Shown in pieces: positions 8,987 to 17,583 of a stretch of DNA of 34,800 nt. The DNA is taken from sequence record SRR31156797_7476, one strand, 5' to 3'. Below the pieces are notes generated by a model. The model searched no databases. It was not told the DNA's origin and saw only the letters and a program-made list of their open reading frames with translations. Positions within the stretch are counted from its first letter, which is position 1. Every line of letters starts with the position of its first letter. Both the position numbers and the translations under genes were made by a program.

Positions 8987-9142
8987 CTTTAAATTCTCCC
9001 GTCTGCAATTTTGATGGGGTGTTGATAGTTGTGCAGGCCGTTTTAGAAAAAAATGATTATAATCGACAAGGCAAATCGGATTTTGATTTTTCTGGCTGAA
9101 TTTGGCAGGATGATAAAAATGCCTTCTATATTATTTGTCTAC

Positions 9143-9170
9143 ATTATACTGAAAAGTTAAAAAAAGTCCA
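9143..9170 (-). promoter_or_regulatory. Putative sigma70 promoter for the GAF-kinase-USP-larB operon
   Basis: TGGACT-16 nt-TATAAT on the minus strand in an AT-rich intergenic region. Confidence 0.5.
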
Positions 9171-9249
9171 TGGGATATTTTTCATGATGAATTCGCCAGG
9201 GTCGCCGGACGGGCTTTGGCAGCGCCACATGGATATGGGAGTTTGAACC

Positions 9250-9963
9250 GTGCAAAAAACAAAAATACCTTATGAGAAGCATATATACTGGTTAGCCAAG
9301 GACCAGGTTTTACAACTGAAAAACAGGCTTGAACGTGGGGGTGTCAAATTGAAGCACGCCAAGGGGATTGTCTGTACTCCCTTAGACAGGATCAGCAAAA
9401 TCACGAGTGTTGCACCAGAAGTGTGGGATGATACCTGCGGCAGACAAGGCAGCTGGTATCGGACCTCCCATAAAAACGGTTTATATCTGATCATCAGCTC
9501 CTTTGAACTGGATGACCTTGAAAACCAAAAATCGGCTGTGATCACCGAGTCCGATTTTGTGCTCCCCGAGCCGGCTTCTCCGGCGGCAAAAGAGGGTCTT
9601 TTTGAAGATCCTCGTCTCAAGGAAAGAATACCCGCCCGGTGGCAACAAGTGGAAGCAATGGAAAAAAGGATATACCTGAGATGGGCTAAAAGATTGGGTT
9701 CCTCCGTTCAGGACTATGAACAACTTTACCTGACCCACACGGCCAATCATGCCAATTTCATAAGTCCAAGGTTTTTCATTGAAACATCCGACGGCATCAT
9801 CCCCTACTCCATCGACCGGAGCGCCCATTTGTGTTCCTGCTGCGTGGAGCTGTTTCAAGTTCTGGGAAGCGAATTCAAGAAAAAACTGGTGGCGCCCTGT
9901 CCCGGCGCCACCATATTCGCACGCCTCAAGCCGGATCGATACCTGCTGGTGGAAAAACCTTGA
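9250..9963 (+). CDS. Hypothetical Cys-containing protein
   Basis: 237-aa ORF with GTG start and GGGAG RBS; carries HLCSCC and APCPG motifs near the C-terminus. Confidence 0.75.
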   Translation: MQKTKIPYEKHIYWLAKDQVLQLKNRLERGGVKLKHAKGIVCTPLDRISKITSVAPEVWDDTCGRQGSWYRTSHKNGLYLIISSFELDDLENQKSAVITESDFVLPEPASPAAKEGLFEDPRLKERIPARWQQVEAMEKRIYLRWAKRLGSSVQDYEQLYLTHTANHANFISPRFFIETSDGIIPYSIDRSAHLCSCCVELFQVLGSEFKKKLVAPCPGATIFARLKPDRYLLVEKP

Positions 9964-9988
9964 GGTCGAATCCCAACAATCTTATATC

Positions 9989-10017
9989 TTGACACCTGAA
10001 CCCATATCCCTTAAATT
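9989..10017 (+). promoter_or_regulatory. Putative sigma70 promoter of the EF-G gene
   Basis: TTGACA-17 nt-TAAATT. Confidence 0.6.
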
Positions 10018-10085
10018 TTCGCTCGTATCAAGAGGGGCCGGTTTGTGTGCCTGCCCACAAACCCTTAGGAAGGGTGATCATATCC

Positions 10086-12122
10086 ATGCCGACGCCACAA
10101 ACAAAGAAGCTGCAAAAAACCCGAAACCTGGGTATTATCGCCCATATCGATGCGGGTAAAACCACCGTAACGGAGCGGATCCTCTTTTATTCCGGTCGCG
10201 TCCATAAAATGGGCGAAGTCCATAATGGTGAGGCCACCATGGATTGGATGGCGGAAGAAAAGGAACGGGGCATCACCATTACCTCTGCCGTGACATCCTG
10301 CGATTGGCGTGGACGCATTATTAATATTATTGACACGCCGGGGCATGTGGATTTTACCATTGAGGTTGAACGTTCTTTGCGGGTACTGGATGGGGCCATC
10401 GGCGTCTTTTGTGCGGTGGGCGGTGTAGAACCGCAGTCTGAGACGGTCTGGCGCCAGGCGGATCGCTACCGGGTGCCCAAGATTGCCTTTATCAACAAAC
10501 TGGACCGCGTGGGCGCTGATTTTTTCAGGGCCGTGGAGATGATCGAAAAGCGTCTTGAAGCAGCCCCCCTTATTCTTCAGATCCCTTGGGGGGCGGAAGA
10601 TCAATTCAAAGGTGTCATCGATCTCGTTGGGATGGAGGCGATTTTGTGGGAAGACGACACCCTTGGCGCTGAATACAGCATTATTCCCATTCCTGAAGAA
10701 ATGGCCGGAGAGGCTTCCAGATATCGTGAGTTGCTTCTGGAAACTCTGGCGGATAACGATGATCAGGTGATGGAAAAATATCTTTCCGAGGAAGAAATCC
10801 CCATTCAGGAGCTGAAAGAAGCCGTTCGGAATGCCACCATCCAAATGGCCCTGGTCCCTATTTTCTGCGGTACGGCACTCAGGAATAAGGGCATCCAGCC
10901 CCTTTTAGACGGTATTGTGGATTACCTTCCCTCACCCCTGGATGTTCCTGCCATTGTGGGAACCCATCCCGTTACCGGCGAGGCGGAAACGCGTCCGGCG
11001 AAGCCCCGCGGCCCCCTTACAGCCCTGGCATTTAAAGTGATGATGGATCAGGGCAGAAAGATGACCTATCTTCGGATCTACTCGGGGACCTTAAAAGCCG
11101 GGGGGATGGTTTTTAATCCCGGGAAAAACATCAAGGAAAAACCGGCACGGCTTTTGAAAATGCATTCCAACAAACGGGAGCGTATCGATGTTGTGTCGGC
11201 CGGAGATATCGTAGCGGCAATGGGTCTGAAAATTACGACCACCGGCGATACGCTCTGCACGGAAAATGATCCAATTCTGCTTGAACCCATACAGTTTAAC
11301 GAGCCGGTCATCAGTGTGGCGGTGGAACCCAAGAAAGTTCAGGATCATGAAAAACTTTTGGAGGCCCTCAAAAAACTGTCCGACGAAGATCCCACATTCA
11401 AAACCAGATTAGATGAAGAGACGGGCCAAACCCTCATTTCGGGTATGGGTGAATTGCATCTGGAAATTCTGACCGAAAGGCTCAAGCGGGAATTTTCCGT
11501 TGAAATTAACCAGGGGAAACCCCAGGTGGTTTATCGGGAAACCATTACCGCGCCATCAATCCAGGAGGAAATATTCCAGAGAGAACTGGGCGGTCAACAG
11601 CACTTTGCGGGGGTTCAAGTGGAAATATCTCCCCTTAAAAGGGGATCCCATAATGAATTTGTGAACCAATGCAGGTCGGAAGGGCTCACCGAAGAATTTC
11701 TTGAGGCGATCCGCCTGGGAATCAACGAAGCCGAAGGGGGCGGTTCCGTGATGGGTTATCCGGTTATTGACGTACGAACCACCCTTTTAAAGGTTCAGGT
11801 GAAAGAGGCTTCCGGTGTCATGTCGTTCCGGGTTGCCGCCAACATGGCCTTCAAACAGGCCTTTGTGAAAGCGGAACCCATTCTTCTTGAACCCATCATG
11901 AAAACGGAAGTGCTGGTGCCCGAAGCGTTTACGGGAGATGTGATCGGCGATTTGAATGCCCGCAAGGGAAAAATATCCCAGATCGTCAGCAAAGGATCGA
12001 CCCAGGTGCTGACGGCCGATGTCCCCCTGTCAAAAATGTTTGGTTACTCCACGGCCTTGCGGTCCGCGTCCCAGGGCAGGGGGACCTTTTCCATGCAGTT
12101 CAGCCATTACGACCAGGCATAA
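10086..12122 (+). CDS. fusA: Elongation factor G paralogue (stand-alone, divergent domain IV)
   Basis: [62 protein letters not shown]. Not flanked by rpsL/rpsG/tuf. ATG at 10086 chosen as start. Confidence 0.93.
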   Translation: MPTPQTKKLQKTRNLGIIAHIDAGKTTVTERILFYSGRVHKMGEVHNGEATMDWMAEEKERGITITSAVTSCDWRGRIINIIDTPGHVDFTIEVERSLRVLDGAIGVFCAVGGVEPQSETVWRQADRYRVPKIAFINKLDRVGADFFRAVEMIEKRLEAAPLILQIPWGAEDQFKGVIDLVGMEAILWEDDTLGAEYSIIPIPEEMAGEASRYRELLLETLADNDDQVMEKYLSEEEIPIQELKEAVRNATIQMALVPIFCGTALRNKGIQPLLDGIVDYLPSPLDVPAIVGTHPVTGEAETRPAKPRGPLTALAFKVMMDQGRKMTYLRIYSGTLKAGGMVFNPGKNIKEKPARLLKMHSNKRERIDVVSAGDIVAAMGLKITTTGDTLCTENDPILLEPIQFNEPVISVAVEPKKVQDHEKLLEALKKLSDEDPTFKTRLDEETGQTLISGMGELHLEILTERLKREFSVEINQGKPQVVYRETITAPSIQEEIFQRELGGQQHFAGVQVEISPLKRGSHNEFVNQCRSEGLTEEFLEAIRLGINEAEGGGSVMGYPVIDVRTTLLKVQVKEASGVMSFRVAANMAFKQAFVKAEPILLEPIMKTEVLVPEAFTGDVIGDLNARKGKISQIVSKGSTQVLTADVPLSKMFGYSTALRSASQGRGTFSMQFSHYDQA

Positions 12123-12130
12123 ATTCATGG

Positions 12131-12901
12131 TTATTTCCTTTTGGCCTCAAGGACCGCTTTCCCTTTACCGTAATCGATGATTACCCCATCGGGTATGATT
12201 TCCGCCAGTCGAAAACCGCTCTCCCCAATGGTATCCCCTTCCCGATAGCCCTGCATATTGATGAAAACCCGACGCTCCGAAGGGTTGGGGGAATACATGT
12301 GTACATTGATTTCCAATGGACCCAACGCGGATTGTATGTCTTCGGGAAGATCATGGATAGAGGGTAACGTCACTTTTGGCCGTGGCGAAGGAACCGTTGC
12401 CTCGGTTGTCTTTGGACGATCCTTTGTCCCCTTTGGCGCCACAAATTGTTTGACCGGTTCCGCTGCGAGCTTTTCCCGTGGGCCGGCCTTCTTTGTCAGG
12501 GGACTTTTGATAGGGGCGGCTTCGTGGGTTTTTTCAGGCGATGCTTTACCGGTGCCGGGTGCCGGTTTGGTCTTTTCTTGAGATGGGGTGAACGGTTTTT
12601 CAAGAATTTGGACCTTTTGTTGAGTCTTCAGCCGCTTGTTTTCGGCAGGAGGGGCGGACGGTGGCAGGGCCGGATTTTCGACGGTTTTCCGAGCCGCCGG
12701 CAGGGGCGGGGAGGGCTCTTTCGGCCAGAACACCAAGGCCAGCACCACGAAAGCGACCAGAGACGCGCCACCCACCCAGAACCATGGATAGTATTTGCGG
12801 CGGTTCAGACCCCCTTCCTGATAAATGGCGCTCAGATCAGGTGCCTTTTCAAGTTTTCTCTCCCGTTCAGCGCGTTTCAGGGCGTCCAGGATCAATGACA
12901 T
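12131..12901 (-). CDS. GspB/ExeB-like protein (TM anchor, Pro/Lys-rich linker, C-terminal T2SS-B domain)
   Basis: MSLILDALKRAERER N-terminus, one TM, low-complexity linker, C-terminal INVHMYS-PSERRVFIN-YREGD-EI-PDGV; directly downstream of GspA. Confidence 0.85.
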   Translation of the reverse strand: MSLILDALKRAERERKLEKAPDLSAIYQEGGLNRRKYYPWFWVGGASLVAFVVLALVFWPKEPSPPLPAARKTVENPALPPSAPPAENKRLKTQQKVQILEKPFTPSQEKTKPAPGTGKASPEKTHEAAPIKSPLTKKAGPREKLAAEPVKQFVAPKGTKDRPKTTEATVPSPRPKVTLPSIHDLPEDIQSALGPLEINVHMYSPNPSERRVFINMQGYREGDTIGESGFRLAEIIPDGVIIDYGKGKAVLEAKRK

Positions 12902-12916
12902 GTGGATTCCTTCCGA

Positions 12917-14551
12917 CTAGTGGGTCTCGTGATTCAGGGCGGGGGAAGGTGTTTCCCGTTCCGCTTTCGTCAACTGAATCAGGGTCTGTTCTCCCACAAT
13001 GCCGTCCGCTTCTACAGCATGGGATCGTTGAAAATCCATGACCCGCATCTCCAGAATATCGTCAAACACATCCTTTTCGGTTCCGTTGGACACGTCGCTC
13101 AAGCCCTCTATGCGGTTTAGTTGGGCCCTCAGCCAGCGAACGTCAGGACCCATATCCCCTTTTTTGAGGATGGCGCTTTTGATGGGCGGCGGTTTCCAGA
13201 GCAAGGTGAAGTCCCCGAACCAGAAAGGGTCCAGGTCGGTTTTGGACAGGGACAGCCGGCTGTCCCCGAAATCCAGGATTACCGCCTGATCCTTGATCTG
13301 CATGGCAGCGGCATAATGCCTGCGCCCCCGGCTATCAATCAGTTCCAGAATCGCCGGACGGTTCAGGTGTTTAAGGGTGGTCCAGTTGCCCCTGTCGCTG
13401 TAGCATCGATAACCGGCGTTGGGCGCCCATTCACAAACACCCATGCCCGACATGGCCGGCCCATCTGTGTTTGGAATGGCCAAGCCCCAGTGTCTCAACA
13501 GGGATTGAAAAGCGTTTTGCTTATGGGTGTCGACCTTTTCTCCATAAAACACCTCATCAAGGGTTTTGGGCGTTTCTCCCGCAGCCTTAATTGTGGCCTC
13601 TTTATCGGGGTTCCCCTGCCACGGTGGCCACCAAAGGCCGAGATTCGGATCTTGAAAAAAAAACCATCCCGCTCCCAGAAGAACCGGAAACAGCAGCGCC
13701 AACAGCCATCCTGTGACGCCCGGGCTCCTAATAAGGGCCTTTCCCCCTCCCATGACTTCGGCGGCGGCTTTGCGGGCCAGGTTTCTATTGACAACCATGC
13801 GTTTTCTGCCGTAGGCACCCAACAGGGCGCGATCACAGATGGTATTGATCAGCCGGGGGATTCCGCCGGACAAACGGTGTATGAGGTGAAGTGTACTTCG
13901 CGTAAACAATGGGCGTTTACATCCCGCCACCTCAAGGCGATGTTCAATGTAGGCGGCGGTTTCTTCGGGGGACAGGGGTGTGAGATGGTAGCGGGCCGTT
14001 ACCCGCTGGCCAAGTTGGCGTAGTTCCGGCTTGGCCATCATGCCCTGGAGTTCCGGTTGGCCGATGAGAAGAATCTGCAAGAGCTTCTGGGTGGTGGTTT
14101 CCAGATTGGTCAGCAATCGAACCTGTTCCAATACATCGGTGCTGAGGTTCTGGGCTTCATCAATAATTACCACGGTCCGTTGCCCTTTGGCATGGATATC
14201 CAAAAGATGGCGATTCAAGTGGTCAATGAGCACCTTGAGGCTCTCCGCCGGGGTCGGGTAGGAGACTTTCAATTCGTCACAGAGGGACGCCACCAGTTCC
14301 AGGGAAGTTTGTTTGGGATTCAAGACCAGCGCAACTTCAACCCCTTCGGGAACCTGTTCCAGCAGGCTGCGGCACAGGGTGGTTTTTCCTGTTCCCACCT
14401 CTCCGGTCAACAGCACAAAACCGCCCTTTTCGCCCATTCCAAAGAGCAGATGGGCCAGGGCCTCCCGATGGCGCTGGCTCATGAAGAGGAACCGGGGATC
14501 GGGGGTCAGGGAAAACGGATTTTCCGTAAGCCCGAAATATGAAATATACAT
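12917..14551 (-). CDS. GspA/ExeA-family AAA ATPase with C-terminal peptidoglycan-binding domain
   Basis: YFGL-ENPFSLTPDPRFL, Walker A GEVGTGKT, Walker B IIDEAQ, LIGQPEL, GIPRLINTICD, one TM, PG-binding V-DFQ-H-DGIVGEQT. Confidence 0.92.
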   Translation of the reverse strand: MYISYFGLTENPFSLTPDPRFLFMSQRHREALAHLLFGMGEKGGFVLLTGEVGTGKTTLCRSLLEQVPEGVEVALVLNPKQTSLELVASLCDELKVSYPTPAESLKVLIDHLNRHLLDIHAKGQRTVVIIDEAQNLSTDVLEQVRLLTNLETTTQKLLQILLIGQPELQGMMAKPELRQLGQRVTARYHLTPLSPEETAAYIEHRLEVAGCKRPLFTRSTLHLIHRLSGGIPRLINTICDRALLGAYGRKRMVVNRNLARKAAAEVMGGGKALIRSPGVTGWLLALLFPVLLGAGWFFFQDPNLGLWWPPWQGNPDKEATIKAAGETPKTLDEVFYGEKVDTHKQNAFQSLLRHWGLAIPNTDGPAMSGMGVCEWAPNAGYRCYSDRGNWTTLKHLNRPAILELIDSRGRRHYAAAMQIKDQAVILDFGDSRLSLSKTDLDPFWFGDFTLLWKPPPIKSAILKKGDMGPDVRWLRAQLNRIEGLSDVSNGTEKDVFDDILEMRVMDFQRSHAVEADGIVGEQTLIQLTKAERETPSPALNHETH

Positions 14552-14574
14552 GGCTTTCCAATCAAAATGAAAAA

Positions 14575-15390
14575 TTACCCCATGCGGTTGGGGCGCTCTT
14601 TTCCGGAAGGCGCTTCAAACACCGGCGGTCGTTTCTCCAGAAAAGCCGTCACGCCTTCCACGCCGTTTGGCTGACTTGCCACATAAGACAATAGATTCCG
14701 CTCATTTTCCAGATGGGTTTCGAAGCTGGTGTTAAAGGAATCGGTCATCAGCTTTTTCGAAGCGGCAAAGGCGGTAAGAGACCTTTTCTTCAGTTTTATT
14801 ATGAGGTTAAATGCCGCCTCAACGGTTTCACCATCCTCCACCATTTCGGTAAGGAGCCCCCATTTGGCGGCATCTTTCGCATCCATGGGTCGATCAAATG
14901 CTGCGATTTCAAGGGCCCTTGCCGCCCCCACAAGCCGCGGCAACATGAATGAACCGCCACCGTCGATGCTGAGACCGTTGGAAGTATAACCCTGTTTAAG
15001 GGTGGCGGATGTTGCCATGACCCTGAAATCACACGCCAGGGCCATTGAAAAACCACCGCCGGCCGCCAGCCCGTTAATGGCTGCCACAACCGGTTTGGGC
15101 ATTCGCCGGATTTCAATGACGGCTTGATGAAACCGTGCCGCCAATTCATGGAAAGCCTTTGAAAGATCATTCCCATATCCCTTTACCCACCTTAAATCGC
15201 CGCCGGCACAAAAGGCATTACCTTTCCCCGAGATGACCACCCCTGCAATGTTCCGGTCCGAGGCCAAAGCCATAAGCGTCTCTGCAAGCCGTTGCACCAT
15301 GTCCAGATCAAAGGCATTGTAAGCTTCAGGGCGATTCAGGTAAACAATTGCAACGCCCTCTTTTTCTTCATGATGGATCGTATTTGCCAT
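14575..15390 (-). CDS. Enoyl-CoA hydratase/isomerase (crotonase) family, PaaG-like
   Basis: LNRPE-NA, FCAGGDL, PKPVVAAING-AAGGG-ALACD, AFLEKRPP-F. The two hydratase glutamates are absent; an Asp is present in GLSIDGG. Confidence 0.9.
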   Translation of the reverse strand: MANTIHHEEKEGVAIVYLNRPEAYNAFDLDMVQRLAETLMALASDRNIAGVVISGKGNAFCAGGDLRWVKGYGNDLSKAFHELAARFHQAVIEIRRMPKPVVAAINGLAAGGGFSMALACDFRVMATSATLKQGYTSNGLSIDGGGSFMLPRLVGAARALEIAAFDRPMDAKDAAKWGLLTEMVEDGETVEAAFNLIIKLKKRSLTAFAASKKLMTDSFNTSFETHLENERNLLSYVASQPNGVEGVTAFLEKRPPVFEAPSGKERPNRMG

Positions 15391-15450
15391 GGGGACCTCC
15401 CTGAAACTGTTGAATTCGACAATTCAATATTCTATTTTCTCATTAGCGCT

Positions 15451-15479
15451 TTGACAATCATCAATGTGGGTATTACAGT
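15451..15479 (+). promoter_or_regulatory. Putative sigma70 promoter of moaA
   Basis: TTGACA-17 nt-TACAGT. Confidence 0.55.
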
Positions 15480-15575
15480 TGACTCAGCTCCCCTATTCCG
15501 ATATGGATAACAGCGCTTGAATGAAAACTTGGTAATATACTTTATAAAACATATCTTAAACAAGAAACGATTTCA

Positions 15576-16577
15576 ATGGAAACCAAACAACCCTGCTTGA
15601 TTGATCACTATGAAAGGCGCCTCAATTACCTTCGGATTTCCATCACGGACCGGTGCAACCTTCGATGCCTCTATTGCATGCCATCCGACGGTCTCGAAAA
15701 GCTGGAGCACAAAGACATCCTGACATACGAAGAGATCCTTCGCCTGGCCCGCATCGCCGTTGGTCTGGGTGTGGATAAAATCCGTCTGACCGGGGGGGAA
15801 CCCCTTGTGAGAAAGGATTTCCCCCATTTGCTGCCCGAGTTGATGTCCATACCCGGGCTTCAAGATGTGTCCATTACCACCAATGGGATAAACTTGAAAG
15901 AACACTTGGAAAACATCCGTTCAGCCGGTGTTAAACGGATCAACATCAGCCTTGATAGCCTTAAAAGGGACCGATATCAGCAAATTACCCGTTTTGATGG
16001 TTTTGAGCGTGTCCGGGAGGCCATCCACCTGGCCCGGAGCCAGGGGTTTCATCCCATTAAAATCAATATGGTGGTACTCAAAGGGATTAATGACGACGAG
16101 GTGGCTGATTTTGCCCGGCTGTCCATGCGTTATCCTTTTCATGTGAGGTTCATTGAGTACATGCCCAGCGGTCTTCTTCTCCATAATGAGCCTTTGCATC
16201 ATGTATCAAATACCGTTATCCGGGAAAGGCTTGAAGCCATGGAACCGTTGATTCAGCTTCCCAGGAAGGCCATGGACGGCCCCACGGTACGTTACCGCTT
16301 TGAAGGGGCAAAGGGAGAAATCGGGTTTATCAGTCCTCTGACCCATCATTTCTGTCAGGTTTGTAACCGTTTGAGGCTTACCGCCAAAGGACATTTGAGG
16401 CCCTGCCTGCTTTCCGATCAGGAATTGGATTTGAGAGGCCCCATGAGGGCGGGTGCCACGGACCGTGATCTGGAAGAGATTTTTGCGGAAGCGGCCGAAC
16501 ATAAACCGCGTGCACATCATTTGAATTCGAAAGATTCAGAGTCGCTTTCAGGACGGATGTCAGCCATCGGGGGATAA
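15576..16577 (+). CDS. moaA: GTP 3',8-cyclase MoaA
   Basis: YLRISITDRCNLRCLYCM, RLTGGEPL, C-terminal FC-C-RLRLT-G-L-PCL cluster, terminal MSAIGG. Confidence 0.97.
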   Translation: METKQPCLIDHYERRLNYLRISITDRCNLRCLYCMPSDGLEKLEHKDILTYEEILRLARIAVGLGVDKIRLTGGEPLVRKDFPHLLPELMSIPGLQDVSITTNGINLKEHLENIRSAGVKRINISLDSLKRDRYQQITRFDGFERVREAIHLARSQGFHPIKINMVVLKGINDDEVADFARLSMRYPFHVRFIEYMPSGLLLHNEPLHHVSNTVIRERLEAMEPLIQLPRKAMDGPTVRYRFEGAKGEIGFISPLTHHFCQVCNRLRLTAKGHLRPCLLSDQELDLRGPMRAGATDRDLEEIFAEAAEHKPRAHHLNSKDSESLSGRMSAIGG

Positions 16578-16592
16578 TTCCATTGCGGAGTT

Positions 16593-17453
16593 TCAAAGGT
16601 TGCCCTTGGGCGTAAGCCCGGCCAACAGGTTTCCGGCGTTCAACCCCGTGATTTGGTCCATCTGCTCAGGGGAAAGTCCTGCAAGGGAAATCTCTTTGAA
16701 GTACCTTTGCGGTTTTAGAAGCGGGTAGTCACTGCCGAACAGTATTTTATCAAACCCCACCACCTCACCGGCAATTCTATACATTTCCGGACGGTATAGA
16801 AATGGTGATGCCGCTGTATCAAACCAAACGTTTTCAAGCACCTTTACCACTTCTTTTTTCATCAAGGCATAAAACAGAAGACCTCCGCCCCAGTGGGCCA
16901 GAATGATGCGGTTTTCCGGATAGGTTTTGACAAAATCATAAATCTGACGAAGGGTGTTGGGCGTTTTGCCGGGGTATTGATGCCCAACGGGTTCATTGGT
17001 GTGAAGCATCAGAAGACCATTTCGCTCTAAACACATGGCCATGACCGGTTCAAGGGCTTGAATCACCTCTGCTGTAATGCCGTCGCCGTAAACAGCCAGT
17101 TCCCCCACCCCCGAAAGTCCTTGAGCAAAACACCTTTCCGCCTCCCTTGCCCCTGTTGGCGAAAAGGGGGAGAAACAGGCCAGGCCCACCAGTCGATGGG
17201 GATACCGGCCCACGGCTTCAACCACATAATCGTTATTCAACTTGAAATATTCGGGATTCTCCCAGGGAAAACCGAACACCACGGACTTTTGAACACCTGC
17301 TTCGTCCATTGCCGCAATCAAGTCCCGAGCGCCCACCAGCTTGGCCTGGGGAGAGTTGTAAAGGGTTTTGAAAGCCTGCTCGCCTTTAAGAAAATCTTCC
17401 CGGTTCTCCCTGATACGGGGAGGAAAAATATGGGTATGGAAATCTATGATCAT
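16593..17453 (-). CDS. Amidohydrolase-family (amidohydro_2) metal-dependent protein
   Basis: IIDFHTH, GVGE, LHTNEP, ILAHWGG, FDTAA, LFGSDYP. Confidence 0.9.
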   Translation of the reverse strand: MIIDFHTHIFPPRIRENREDFLKGEQAFKTLYNSPQAKLVGARDLIAAMDEAGVQKSVVFGFPWENPEYFKLNNDYVVEAVGRYPHRLVGLACFSPFSPTGAREAERCFAQGLSGVGELAVYGDGITAEVIQALEPVMAMCLERNGLLMLHTNEPVGHQYPGKTPNTLRQIYDFVKTYPENRIILAHWGGGLLFYALMKKEVVKVLENVWFDTAASPFLYRPEMYRIAGEVVGFDKILFGSDYPLLKPQRYFKEISLAGLSPEQMDQITGLNAGNLLAGLTPKGNL

Positions 17454-17583
17454 TTGAGTACCGCCGCAAAAGATATTTTCAGGGCTTCCGGTGCCCTCAG
17501 TTATTAATAATGGGGGCCCGCCGGTTTTTTCATGATAGGACCATTAATATTAAAACAGAGAAGAAAGTCAATGGTCATAATTC

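Noticed and set aside
9060-9125. GGCAAA-containing stretch resembling the start of a c-di-GMP-I riboswitch
   Set aside because: No GNRA-capped stem or GCAAAG junction follows.
13655-13663. A9 homopolymer in gspA (and T8 in pqiA) as phase-variation tracts
   Set aside because: In frame and explained by Phe codons in TM segments.
15480-15575. Possible Moco riboswitch in the moaA leader
   Set aside because: The leader is short and AT-rich with no multi-stem structure visible.
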